From Eledone cirrhosa (lineage: Eukaryota), in contig OZ024741.1 in assembly GCA_964016885.1 (NCBI GenBank), positions 195,610,001-195,674,000 of the forward strand: a stretch of 64,000 bases of DNA, written 5' to 3'. Position numbers and translations under genes: made by a program. Positions 38,960-51,812 of the stretch are shown here, piece by piece. Below the pieces are notes generated by a model that did no database searches, was not told the DNA's origin, and saw nothing but the letters and a program-made list of their open reading frames with translations. Positions within the stretch are counted from its first letter, which is position 1. Each line of letters opens with the position of its first letter.

Positions 38960-41500
38960 GATGATGACGACGCTAAGGTGCTGAAATAGCAGGCACCCTC
39001 ACAGGCATCACGTGACAGCTCGATCAGGAGAGCTGCCAATGATGACAAGAACTTCGCTGTCAGTGGCCCAATTCCATTAAACTTCTCAAACATCACAGGC
39101 TGGAAAAAATAATTGTTTGATATTTCCCGCTATTTACAGATTTTATTCCACACACACTTTTACCGCGGCATCCATGATATTGGAGGGAGCAAAAGAGTCA
39201 TTGACTGTGGTGTCCCAGATGAAACACTTACCTCTTACCCAGGGACAACAGGTAAGGCCTTCTGGTCTTTTCCCATCACTTCTGGATAATCCAGCAGACT
39301 CCAGAACTGAGAGGATATTTACCCAAGCCAGGGCCTGTTTAATGATCAGGTTTAGCTCAGTGTGGCAAGCGCAACAACCAGCATTCAGGTGGTAGGACAC
39401 AAAATGGCAGCCTGTGGAGTTAAGGGACCTAACACAGTGACATCTCAGACATTGGCTCCCACTTGGAATGCAATGGAGATGTGGAGCTTGTATTGACTGA
39501 GAAGACCACCAATGTTAGCTACAAGCAGGGCATCAATCTAGTCCCCCGGAAACTTTGCACTTGCAGAAAGTAAGTGGCATCTAGAAAATTGATCAGAATG
39601 ATCGAAGAGAGAATTAAAAGTTTCCCTCGAGGAAAGGACTCTGTAAACAAGTAAACAAGTCAAGAGCTTGCATTTGGAATTGATGACTTGAAGGCTCCTA
39701 CAACCCTGTTCTTCAATCATTGTCTTGGTAGTTGCAAGGACCTTTTCTGGAGGACCCCTCAAACAAGCATCGTCCAAATACCAAGTATTCAAATCCAGGT
39801 CAGCTCCCATCTTGGTGACATCATCAATACCCAGTGCAAAAAGAACAGGTCCTGGCAGGTCACTCTTTTGAACCTTTGAGGCAGATAGGGGGAAATGATC
39901 ATAAAGGGAGAGGTAGGGGGGCTCTCAATAGGCTTGCCAAGCAAAGTGGTGAAGCTGAGGGCCCCTCTCTTTTATTGAACGAATGATGATATCCTGACTG
40001 AAGGAATTGAAAGCATTCCTGAAATCTAGCTTGGGGATAACCTCAGGGGTTTCAGAAGGCAAGTTGGTAAATGTTCTGGTGGCTTGAGTGGCAACCTTAC
40101 AGCCCAGCTTGGTACCCACCCCTAGCTAAATAGCAGAAAATTTGGTGGAAAGGCAGTCTGAAATCGAGGACAGACATACTTTCACAGTGAGCCGTCACAG
40201 AGTACACCCAACTGCTATGAGGTAGAGATCACCATTGGGTTTTGTAAGGCCAAACAGTTTAGCCCCAAAGAATAGGAGGCAAATATAAAGGACACTCTCA
40301 GACAAGAATAGGTTAATGAACAGGATGAGGTTCTCCAAGAGCTCAAGACTGGCATCTCTGGCCAACAAGGAAACATCATTCTTGAGGTACTGAGGTCGTA
40401 GACCATCAATTCTTATGCTAGAACCTGCAGAAAAGGATATAATCACCTTCCTGGCGTTATCTGGGGTGAGGACAAGTTGTAAATAACCTGGTGGATCTGG
40501 CCAGTGTAAGTGGTCATCTGGAGGGACCAATAGATGTTTCTTCCTCAGCCAATTGAGTGAATCAGTAGTGCACTGGGTGAGGGAGGGCGGCTCCTTTAAT
40601 GTCAAATTCATTGAATTTGATGTTGAAGGCCTTCTGTAAGTTCAGTGATCATCCATTGATTCGAACTGAGTTGATCCCCAACCTGAGATGAGCAGTAGTT
40701 GGGGTGGAATCAAACAGCTTGAACTGCCATTTCAGGGAAGATGTGAGGGATCCGAATTTTGTGTTGGACACATGGAGAGAAACTAGAGAGAACAAGAATA
40801 GTTTCTGACAATCTGAGATGTTTTTGGATAGGCAGACATTCTTTGGCAGCTTGAAGAGAGCATGGGCGAAACTGGTCCAAGCTCCCTTTGGGATCCTGTT
40901 GATGACGTTCCTGGGGGGTAGCGGCAAAATCCCCAACAGAGATCTGAACATCAGAATTAGGTTCTGACCTGTGAAGTAAGTCTGAGCTGAAGTGGCATTG
41001 GTTGCACATCCAGTTCGAGTAACTTTCAGCTTGAACCTTAAGTAAGGCCAATGCAGCTCCTGTGATAGTTTAGGTTACAGGAGTGACATTCAATGGTCTT
41101 TAGATATCGACTGGTATGGGAGTAGAGAGTACAGTTTGGTGATGAATTGGCAGTATCAAAAGGGTTGGTGTTAGAATTAAGATTCTGTTGGGCGGAAGGG
41201 GGGAGGGAAATGGTGGGGATAGGTTGATGATTGAGTTAGACAGGGGAACTGGGTGGACAGCATTAACTCTGGGTGTGGGGCTCGGTTGGTGGGTATGTGG
41301 CGTTGGAGGCAAGTTAGCTGTTACAAGAGTGGTGGAGTGAATAACGGGATGAACAGGGCTCTAATTCAACTGAATCCGACAATAGAGGCGGGATGAAAGA
41401 GATGGGGGATACAAGTTAGCTCCCCAAAAATGAAGCGGGTGTTGTGGAGAATGGGGGATATTACAAAATCCTTTACCCATGTTGGTCTCCTAGTCACTCG
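38960..41500 (-). mobile_element. Degenerate CRE-type (restriction-like endonuclease) non-LTR retrotransposon
   Basis: DGLRPQYL, IAVG, LDFRNAFNS, WYLDD and DGKRPEGLT..PW..GK...WDTT motifs in order. Pro-rich region at the 5' side. Confidence 0.82.
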
Positions 41501-43229
41501 CCGCATGACCTTAAAATAATTTAGATTTAAATCTAATTGGTGACATTTTTTAACCGACTATCAACATTAAAACTACCGTTGGATGGGCATGTAAAAAGTT
41601 TGCATGGACAGCATGGGAATAGGAGGTTGGAGGTGAACTAAAACAGAGAAATGAAATGTGTGTGGGGAATATATGCAAGATGTTGAGATGAATGTTGTAA
41701 ACATTTAAAATTCAATAACTGTAAAAACAGTCCAAAAATAGGACAGTGATATACTAAAACATTGAAGAGAAGAAGTAGAAACTGAAAAAGTAATTTTGAG
41801 ATGTACCAAAGAGAGGAAATGTGTTTGAAATGTTGAGATGGATGTTGTGTGTGAGTAAATTCGATAAAAGTACGAAAATAGAGCCATGAGATATTATAAT
41901 ATTGAAGAGAGGAAGTTGAAACTGAAGAAAGAATCATGAGATGTACCAAAAACAGTGGAGGAAAAATATATATAATGCATTCACAAAACACGTGTTATGC
42001 ATGATTACGAATAAAATTGTTAAACTGAAGCTTCGATCTCTCAATCTTAATAAATATTTCTTTTCGGAACTCACTCCCATTTAGTTCCGGATTGGCATTA
42101 AACTGGGGCTTGAAGCACCCATCCAAAGAGTCCTTTCCTAATTCAAGATGGTATGATGTAACCTGAAAGAAATTTGGCTGCTATTTCCAGCAGGTCAAGA
42201 ACCACATAGAGGTTTTCACTCCTTCACTAGAAGCAAACATATCTGTTATTGTTAATGGTCTTAGCCAAAATGTTCTTGTTGAAATTAGTAATTTTTACAG
42301 GATAGGCGTGATTCTAAAAAAAGAAAAAAGGTTCAGTGTTACAATTTAAATCAAATAGTTCAGCATTACACTTTCTTTTGAGTTGGGTAAAAAAAAGACA
42401 ATTGATATTAGATAGAAATCACACTAAGGGAAGATTTTAGCTGACCAACATAGAAAGCAGTCTAAATAAGACAGGACACTTTGTAGAACAATTATTTCAA
42501 TTATTCTTTTCTCCCTTTTCCTATCAATTTTCTGTTTCTTTTCAATTTTTTCTCTAACTTTCTTATTAGATTATATGTTGTCTTTTTTCACTTTGATCGT
42601 ATACTTCTGTGTATTAAATCTATAAGGTTCCATGAAATCCATTTCCACATGAAACAATTGACCGAGACCAATTATATTTAAAACAATTTCAACTCGACAT
42701 TGTTGGTTTTATTTTGAAGTACATTAAAAATAAAAAATAAAATTACAAACAGGAAAACTATTATAAAGCTTCCTATATATAAAAGAAATTGATATTGTGC
42801 CTTTTTAAGAAATAAACTTTAGGTTTGCTGTGGGTTTAAATTTCAGTGCCAAATATTTCAAACATCAGCTGTCATTGTTAGTTTAGCTGTAAATATGCAT
42901 CTTGTGGTGGAGTAGCTCACCACTAAAGTATGCAGAACCCAGTTACTCCCGAGAAGTGATTGGAGTATGGCTTCTACTAGATTGACCTGCTGTAGAAACA
43001 ATGCATAAAAACACAAGAGGCAATAGACAATCCAGTGGATTAACTCCCTTTATAGCAGCCTGCCTGAAACCACCCTGGTTTTATGTTACAAAACTGGTCA
43101 TTTTTAAATGTTCATACAAAGGTAACTAAGGAGTTGGTACAACAGTTAATTAATGTAAGCAATATGAAAAATAGGGGGACAATAATGTTTTCTCTGTGTG
43201 TGGGATTTGTATTTATCACTCACTGTTCA

Positions 43230-43580
43230 AGAATCAGTCCACTTTGTGGTCCCGGCCGACATGATGGAGAAAACATTGCCCTGGGGGATGGCAAGGGAGA
43301 TGTGCTGGAGCAACCACTCCACCTCACAGGGCTCGCACTGATATCTGTGAGTAGGGATATGTTCTGGGGGCCAAGAACGCCGGAAGTCTCCACTGCCACT
43401 GACTTATCAGAGAATGGTCGATCCTTTGAAAATTTGCCGTCTTTCGCCTGGTGAGCATCAAATCCTGTTCTGGTAGCCGAATGCACCATGTTGCTGTGGG
43501 AGATGAGGGGCCTACCACCACTGAATGGGAAGACTGTCATGCTGTTTGGCTTTTTGCTGTTGACTCAGTACAGCCCCTCT
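43230..43580 (-). mobile_element. CRE-type LINE 3' fragment
   Basis: TVFPFSGGRPL...AVETSGVLG. Confidence 0.65.
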
Positions 43581-44250
43581 GACTCACTACTTCCAATCAT
43601 GGTTTTTTTAGAAGTGCTAATTTCAAGGAAAATACTGGTTTAAAACTTTCCATTATAATTTTATTCAAGAAATGTTCAAGTTATATTTCAAACATCAGCT
43701 TACTAATGCAAAGTTTAATTATTCCATTAAATTCTTCAAATTTTCAAAGTTGATGCACAAAAGCAGCATGTTTCATTAGAAATATAGTAAAAAAAATATT
43801 GACACAATTAAAAATGTTTATTTTTCTGTATATTATCTAGTTAAATTTTATCTGTATATTATCTGTATATTATCTGTATATTATCTAGTTAAATTTAAGA
43901 AACAATTTAATGCAGTCATGTGATTATTTGTGTTAAACCATCTGGACCATTTTAAAATCATTTTAGAAATATTATATACTGAATATTGTACCATACTGAA
44001 ATATTACCATACTGAAATATTATATACTGAATATTGTACCATACTGATCAGCATGTAAGTATGGACCCATAATCCATGATGAAGTTGTAGGGGTGATGTT
44101 ATAATATACTAGCAGTGTATCCTGGCGTTGCACGGGTAAGAACATTGGTAATAGCACCTTCAATAAGAAACAAAAATATACTGACAGGAAACTTGTTTTA
44201 TTTGGAGAAAATTAAGAAGTTGAAAGTACAGTTTAGCTGTGTACGTGCAT

Positions 44251-44525
44251 TCATCATCATCATCATCATCATCATCGTTTAACGTCCATGTTCCACGCTT
44301 GCATGGGTTTGGACGGGGTTTTCCCACTTGAGGCAAGAGTGGTTGTCTTGCTCGCATAGGACTGTCTGGCGGGTTTTCTACAGCTGGATGCCCTTCCTAA
44401 CACCAACCACATTTACAGTGTGGGGCTGGGAGGTTTTTACCGTGTTGCCTACACGGCCACATTACAGCGTGGACTGTGTGTTTTTTGTCGTGACACCTAC
44501 ACGATCTCATTTGTTTCGGCCTGGA
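44251..44525 (-). mobile_element. RTE 3' UTR fragment
   Basis: Reverse complement of 47615-47884. Confidence 0.85.
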
Positions 44526-44859
44526 TGTGTTCATAGAAATATTGTTGAGCCCCTTCTTTTCATACTCCTCTGTTTTGGCCTATTGGAGTAAATGTGAAAG
44601 AGAAAGTCACAGGTTAAGTTGGCAGAAGGTTCCAGTGCAATAGCAGTAAGGCCTAGGCTACTTACCTCAAAAGTTCATTCGCACGTTTCCACTAAGCTAC
44701 TCTTTCTCTCTATCCCTCTCGGTGCAGTCCCTTGTGAATTTCTCGAGTAGGCCTGGTGTAGATTTGCACCCGATCCATCTACCCGATGCACATGTCCGCT
44801 TTGTACAGCTTTTGGAGGAAGGAGTGACCAGCAGTACATTGTTCAGTATTATTACGAAA

Positions 44860-45053
44860 AAGGACAGTGGATTGGCAGTATTGGAAGAGGGTCAGACGCC
44901 ATGCTTTGCAGCAAAGAGTTACGAACCTTTATGGTCTGAGTTCAAATCCCGCCGAGGTTAACTTTGCCTTTCATCCTTACTGGGTCGATAAAATAAAGTA
45001 CCAGTAATACACTGGGATAATTGCTGGCCTTGTGCCAAAAGTAGAAACAATTA
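44860..45053 (+). mobile_element. Nin/Deu-like tRNA SINE
   Basis: Same family as 27021. Flanked by ATTATTA(C/A)GAAAA(A)GG TSD-like repeats. Confidence 0.85.
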
Positions 45054-45449
45054 TTAAGAAAAGGTGTAGCAGAGAATCCTGCGTGAACTAACAGCTCGGG
45101 AGGTAACTGCTTACCTCGAAGATTCATTCGACATCGTTCTTGTCAACGCTCCATTTAGTTGGTATTTGTTGGTCTACAGTTAGATGAATGGCGCACAAAG
45201 GGTTAATGTTTATTGGCAAGAAGTGGCAACTGGGCTGGCTTGCCTCGCTTATATTATATACTAAAATAACAGATTAAAGTTTAAGCAAAGGATCGCTGCT
45301 TTCACCCTTAACGGGATCTTCTGAAAGTAAAAAAAATCAATCTGTGAACGCAGAAGTAAATATTTTGAAAAACGTTGCAACCGAAGGAAAACAGGAAGAC
45401 GAGACTTTGGTTCGTGAAGACGTTCCCTGGCAATGAACGGAAAATAGCG

Positions 45450-47884
45450 AACATAATAGAGGAACAGTGGGAATTCCTGAAAGCTAACCTGCTGAAGGCA
45501 ACAGATGAAATCTGTGGCTGGAGCAGACCTATAGGCAGGAGGAGAGTAACTTGGTGGTGGAACAGTAAGGTGGAGAAGTCAATCAAGGCCAAAAAGCAGG
45601 CTTGGAAAGCATGGCGGGATGGGGGAAGTAGAGAAGTCTATCAAGTGGCCAGGAGGGAAGCTAGGCGACAAGTGTACTTCGCAAGAAGGGAAGCAGAGGA
45701 AAGAAAGTTCAAGCATGTTCTACAACGCGAGGACAAAAACGTGAGGTGTTCAGGATTGCTAGACAATGTGTCAAGGAAAACCGTGGTATTGTCGGGGAGA
45801 AGTGTGTCCTTAATGTTGATGGTGTACTTGCCATCACTGACGCTGATAAGAAGGTAGCTTGGAAGTGTCATTACGAAAGGTTACTAAATGAGGAGAATAA
45901 ATGGGAGAAAGACAGTCTCCCCCAAATCGATCCAATAGAGGGACTAGCAGTGCAAATTGAAGGTAGTATAATAAGTAAGGCAATCAAAGATATGAAGACA
46001 GGCAAGGCGGCTGGGCCTTCGGAAATAGTTGCGGAAATGCTGAAAGCATCTGGAACGGTGGGACACACTATGGTCTCCCGGATAGTAAACCAAGTCATAC
46101 AGAATGGGGTCATACCAAATGACTGGCGTAGCAGCATCATCATTAACTGCTACAAGGGTAAAGGAGATGCCCTAGATAGGGGAAACTATAGAGGCACTAA
46201 ATTAATTGACTAGGTCATGAAGGTCACAGAAAAAGTAATAGCGCAACTAATCAGAAAGCGAATTGATCTAGATGAAATGCAGTTTGGGTTTGTGTCAGGT
46301 AAAAGTACCACAGACGCTCTTTTCATTGTATGACAACTACAGGAGAAGTACCTAGCTAAAAGTAAACCCCTATACTTAGCTTTTGTTGACTTGGAGAAAG
46401 CCTTTGACAGAGTACCTCGCTCCATTATCTGGTGGGCTCTTAGAAAACTAGGTGTTGATGAATGGCTTGTGGGCACTATACAAGCCATGTATAAAGAAAC
46501 AGTCAGCAAGATTAGAATTAACAACGAATATAGTGAAGAGTTTAGCGTAAAAGCTGGTGTTCATCAGGGCTCTGTTCTTAACCCCCTACTATTTATTATT
46601 GCCCTTCAGGCTATAACAGAGGAGTTCAAGACCGGCTGCCCATGGGAACTCCTATACACAGATGATCTAACTCTCATAGCTGAATCAATGGCTGAATTAG
46701 AGAAGAAATTCCAAACATGGAAGCATGGCTAGAATCAAAAGGCCTTAAAATTAACCTGTCTAAGACTAAAGTTCTAGTTTGTAGGAAGGAAAATAGGGCA
46801 CTGGTCCCATCTGGGAAATGGCCATGCTCAGTGTGTAGGAAAGGAGTAGGCAGAAACTCCATTTTATGTCCCAAATGCAAAGTATGGGTGCATCACAGAT
46901 GGTTCTATAGAAATAGTGGACACCTTCCGTTACCTGGGTGACAAAATCAGCAGTGGTGGAGGGTGCTCTGAAAGTACAGTAGCTAGAGTCAGAACGAGGT
47001 GGAAAAAGTTCAGAGTGCTTATACCACTATTGGCCGCTAAAGGGTTCTCTCTAAAAATGAAAGGCAGGCTGTATGATGCCTGCATACGAACACCAATGTT
47101 ACATGGCAGTGAGACTTGGGCATTGTGTGCAAAGGATATACGCAGGTTGGAGAGGAACGAAGCTTGCATGCTCCGTTGGATGTGTAATAGTAATATACGT
47201 GAACGGCAAAGCATAAACGAACTAAGGGAGAAATTAGGAATAAGAGGGATCAGATGTTGTTTACTCGAGAGAAGACTACGTTTGTATGGTCACGTGATGC
47301 GCATGAAAGACGACAGCTGTATAAAAAAGTGCAGGGCGATCAAAATAGATGGTAGCCTCGGAGTAGGCAGACCCAGAAAATCCTGGGACGACTTGATAAA
47401 TTCCGACCTCACACACTTACACCTCTCCAAGACAATGTCATTGGACCGAGATCTTTGGCGCTACGCAGTAATACAGAAGACCCGCTTTGCCTAAGTACAA
47501 AGCGAAACCTACAGTCAGTAGGCACCTCTTAACAAATATACACCCCCGCCCACTACCCCCACTCCATCCGCACCACCCCTTTCGATGTAAAGTTATGTTG
47601 GTACCACGACATCCAGTCCGAAATAAATGAGGTCTCGTAGATGTCACGACAAAAAAACACACAGTCCACGCTGTAATGTGGCCGTGTAGGTAACACGCTA
47701 AAAACCTCCCAGTCCACACTGTAAACGTGGTTGGTGTTAGGAAGGGCATCCAGCTGTAGAAGACCCGCCAGACAGTCCTATACGAGCAGGACAACCAATC
47801 TTGCCTCAAGTGGGAAAATTCCCGTCCAAACCCATGCAAGCGTGGAAGATGGACGTTAAACGATGATGATGATGATGATGATGG
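45450..47884 (+). mobile_element. 5'-truncated RTE-clade LINE (same family as 22026-24442)
   Basis: NYRG, MQFGF, EKAFD, HQGSVL, LLYTDD and GRPRKSW motifs. Stops and a deletion at ~46897. (GAT)n tail. Confidence 0.93.
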
Positions 47885-48368
47885 ATACGTCATCAATGTT
47901 TGTCATAATGTCGATAACCGGCGCCTAACACCCTTTTAACAACAGAAATTTGAAAAATAAAAGCTGCAGTTAATATCTTTAGATTGCAAGGAATATATAA
48001 ATGCAAGTTTGAAGTCAATCGGAGTAGAAGTGTGGATTTATATAGACTTTGCAAAAATGAGGACACACACAGACAACTACAGTTTTATATATATAGATAA
48101 CCTATAGGAAGAAATAATAATCTTATCGAAGAAATAATAAGCATATAAGCATAATAAAAAAACAAAAAGTAGAAAGTAAAAAATAAAAAAAAGCAATTAA
48201 AATAAAATAACAAATAACTTTTTATCTTTTATTTTTCACGCTTTATTTTTTATTTTTTACTTTTTGTTTTTTTATTATGCTTATTTTTTATTTTGTATAT
48301 GCATAGTATCATTATTATGCTTATATGTTTGTTATTTCTTCTATAAGATTATTATTTCTTCTTATATT

Positions 48369-48659
48369 TCATCCTTACGGGTCGATAAAATAAACTACCA
48401 GTAATGTACTGGGTAATTGCTAGCCTTGTGCCTAAAGTAGAAACAATTATTTCTTCTTATATTATTCCATTAACGGACGGGAATTGGCAGTATCGGTAGA
48501 GGGTCGGACGCCATGCTTTACAGCATAATTACGTCCCTTTACTGTCTGAGTTCAAATCCTGTTGAGGTTAACTTTGCCTTTCATCCTTACGGGGTCGATA
48601 AAATAAAATACCAGTAATGCACTGGGTAATTTGCTGGCCTTGTGCCAAAAGTAGAAACA
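48369..48659 (+). mobile_element. Two tandem SINE copies (5'-truncated 48369-48445, full 48474-48659)
   Basis: Matches to the 27021 family. Each is followed by ATTATTTCTTCYTATATT. Confidence 0.85.
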
Positions 48660-48677
48660 ATTATTTCTTCCTATATT

Positions 48678-49793
48678 GGGCAGAGATGGTGAATGTGTAC
48701 ATTGCATCCATCATCTACTACCGTCTGACTGTCGTGCCTTGCCCCCATTTGCGCCTCACCAAGTTGGAACAGCTCCTCTTCAATTTCTTGTGGAGGGGAC
48801 AGGTTCCGTTGGTGAGACGGTCCATCTCCTGCCAGCACCCTCTATGCGGAGGGCTAGCTAATGATGCGCAGACATGCACTGAGGTTGCGGCATCTCCAAA
48901 TATTCTGCCTAAACAGTGAACAGGTGTGGTCGCCGTTTGTCAGACAGGCCTTTCCGCAGCTCGTCTCTTTGACTGAGCTGCAGTCCTGGGTTAAGAAGAA
49001 ACCGAGACTGGGTGACTGGCATCTGGAATATTGCCAGCCACTCACTTCCCTCTACCAGGCGGGCAATACGGTCAGTGGAACTTCCACTCTCCATTGAAGA
49101 TAAACTCTACAGGCACGGAAGTGCTGTCGTACGGACCTGCCAAAGATGCACGCAGAGCAACGAAACCATTCTGCACACACTCGTCCAGTGTCCATGCATT
49201 AGTCTTGTGGAGTTATGTCGAACAGCTGTTGTCGCATGTAGATCAGCCGAGTCAATAGTGAAAATCAACCCGCCGCCCTCTTTTGGCCGGGAAGGGTAGG
49301 CTATTTTCTTCTGTCTGGTGGCAATAGCGAAAGATGTTGTATGGTGGACCAGGCTGAAAGGACTGAAGTCAGACATTTTTCTCTTCGGCCAATCCCTCAT
49401 CAACTTTTTCAAATTTCATTTGGAACGGAATTTAAGGGGGGAGAGAGAAGTGCTGCCTCCCAGTACATTTGCTAAAAGGTGGATGAATGTGACAAGAATG
49501 GCCCATGTGAGTGGGACTACTCTGATCATGGGCCTGTAAGCTGGTGAATTTGAAGAGGAGAGGGCTGCCCTCGAAGCATTGGGTGGTCCAGGATTGATGA
49601 GGTACCCGAGACAACCCTGGGTGGTTATCCCCACTATTGGGGAACTTCTGTTGTTTTTAATTTTCTTGTTTATTGTTATTGTTTTCATATTTTTTTACTT
49701 CACTTTTGTGTAAAACCAGTGGGGGTTTTACACAAAACCCCATCTATTGTATTGTCTCCCATATGTCGGCCCTTGTGGCCAATAAATGAAACT
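48678..49793 (+). mobile_element. Tx1/L1-group LINE 3' fragment
   Basis: LFNFLWRG...GGL and CQRC...ETILHTLVQCP (CCHC-type C-terminal motif). AATAAA end. 12-bp flanking repeat ATTATTTCTTCC. Confidence 0.75.
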
Positions 49794-50584
49794 ATTATTT
49801 CTTCCAATAAGTTATATGCCCATCACTTTTTTATTTTTATTTTTCTTATATATATTTTTTTATTTATTTATTTATATATTTTTTATATATATATTTATTC
49901 TGCATATTAATTACATAGCTGTTTTTTTTTTCTTTGCAGGGGACTTTCACTTTCTATGATATATTTCAAAACTCACTTGTGTACACCTTGACCTTCAGAT
50001 TATCTTGTACTCCATACATGATACCAAATGTCCCAGTGTGGCTTCTTTTTACTTTTATTTTCCTACTACTCTATCATTAGGATCTCTAACAACACCACTA
50101 TTAATAACTCTAGTATACTTTCCAACACAGACCGAGTGAGAGGACTTTCCTGTTTACACACAGAGCCCCTGACTTTTCCCACATTTCTAGAGTGCTTGGA
50201 AATGATAAAAATTTCTCTATTTTTAATATACGAATATACTCGGAGCAATTGGTAGATTTCCGGGCCCTGTATGGACCACAAAGTAACTATTTAGTTAGTA
50301 TGGAACTCCAAACCACACTTCTTTCTATATAATAGTGTAAGATTACTTTATACCATGGAATTCTAATATTGAGCAAGGCACAGATCCCAATGCTAGTTGG
50401 CCTACTTTAATTTTAATCTTATTTTTGTTTATTTATTTCTTCCAGTTTAATTGTGCAACTCCTTCATTAGGACCAGTAACATAATGCTATTATTAATTAT
50501 CTGGTGTTATCTGGTATATGTTACTCCATTGACTGACTGTATAGACTTTCCTATCTATTATCATGACAGTGAAGAATATAATAA

Positions 50585-50948
50585 TAATTGTTTCTACATT
50601 TGGCACAAGGCCAGAAATTACCCAGTGTATTACTGGTACTTATTTTATCGACCCCCGTAAGGATGAAAGGCAAAGTTAACCTCAGCGGGATTTGAATTCA
50701 GTCTGTAAAGGGACGTAACTATGCTGGAAAGCATGGCGTCCGCACAATAATATAATAATAATTGTTCTTACTTTTGGCACAAAGCCAGCAATTATCCAGT
50801 GTATTACTGGTACTTTATTTTATCTACCCCGTAAGGAGGAAAGGCAAAGTTAACCTTGGCACGATTTGAACTCAGAATGGCAAGGGGCGTAACTCTATGC
50901 ATCAAAGCATGGCGTCCGACCCTCTACCAATACTGCCAATCCACCGCT
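50585..50948 (-). mobile_element. Two tandem SINE copies
   Basis: 50585-50742 and 50760-50948 are reverse-complement matches to 27021-27210. Confidence 0.85.
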
Positions 50949-51239
50949 TTCAGTTACTACCTTTTTCACTTCCTATCAGTATATTTTTTTAAACTCTTAA
51001 ACTTGACCTCAATTCAACATATTTTTTCTGAAACATGATCTCTACAGTCATCCTTATCCACTATAACTACTGGATTGGTATGTTTGGTGAATGTCATAAT
51101 ATTTGTAAACACAGAGTTTATACTAACTCACTACTACTTACCAAACTGACTGTCCATACATTGACAAACCTATTTACTACAATATATACATTTATTATAT
51201 ATCAAATTTACTACACAATATATATATGAAAAAATATCA

Positions 51240-51810
51240 CATGATCCATATGACAGGCGCAATGTGTCCGAACACGGAAGAGCCGAACTCCCACTGTCAT
51301 CGCCTCCATCTCTCTCGCCCTCCCCATCTCTCTGTCTTATGAGCAAATGGGGTTTCATGTGCTGGCCGCCCCACAGCCCCGGCGGACAGAATGTAGAAGG
51401 TGTTTCCCCGGAAGATGGTAAGGGAGATGCGCTGGAAGAACCATTCAATCGTGCGAGGTTCACACCTGCGGCTAGTCAGCTCAGCGCTATGGTGAATAGG
51501 GAGGTAGCCCTAGAGCCAAGGACACCAGAAGTCTCCACTGCCAAGGCCACGACTGCAAACCTGTCGGAGAGCGACCGGCACTTGGAGAGTTTGCTCTCCT
51601 CTGCGTGAAGTGCAGCAAAACCTGGGTCAAGCTGAGAAGGGAAACCTGCAGCATCCAAGCCTTGCTTTATGACCTCATTGAGGGTAGCATGGCATGGAAG
51701 GTGGCCGGCACTGTAGCGACAGGAAAACAGATGGAGGCCGAAAGAGTCCACAGTGGATCTGCAGCGACATTTGTGTGGCTCGCAGATCCGGAGTCCAAGC
51801 CTCAAGTAAA
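51240..51810 (-). mobile_element. CRE-type LINE 3' fragment (zinc knuckle and RLE region, internally deleted)
   Basis: RLGLRICEPHKCRC...HLFSC...H..LN..I...L and AVETSGVLG. Confidence 0.8.
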
Positions 51811-51812
51811 CG

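Larger units (their letters stand above)
44109..48097 (-). mobile_element. Helitron termini enclosing nested insertions
   Basis: Minus-strand 5' end A|TCTATATATATAAAACTG at 48097. 3' end CCCGTGCAACGCCAGG...CTAG|T at 44109. Pairing of the two ends is inferred. Confidence 0.6.

Noticed and set aside
44240-47895. TSD (TACGTGCAT / TACGTCAT) implying one twin-primed RTE insertion
   Set aside because: The match is short and imperfect, and twin priming would not give two 3' ends. Two independent insertions are simpler.
51694-51812. N-terminus of the 361-aa ORF as a novel fusion protein
   Set aside because: It is chance read-through of an antisense CRE fragment from a GTG, with no evidence of expression.
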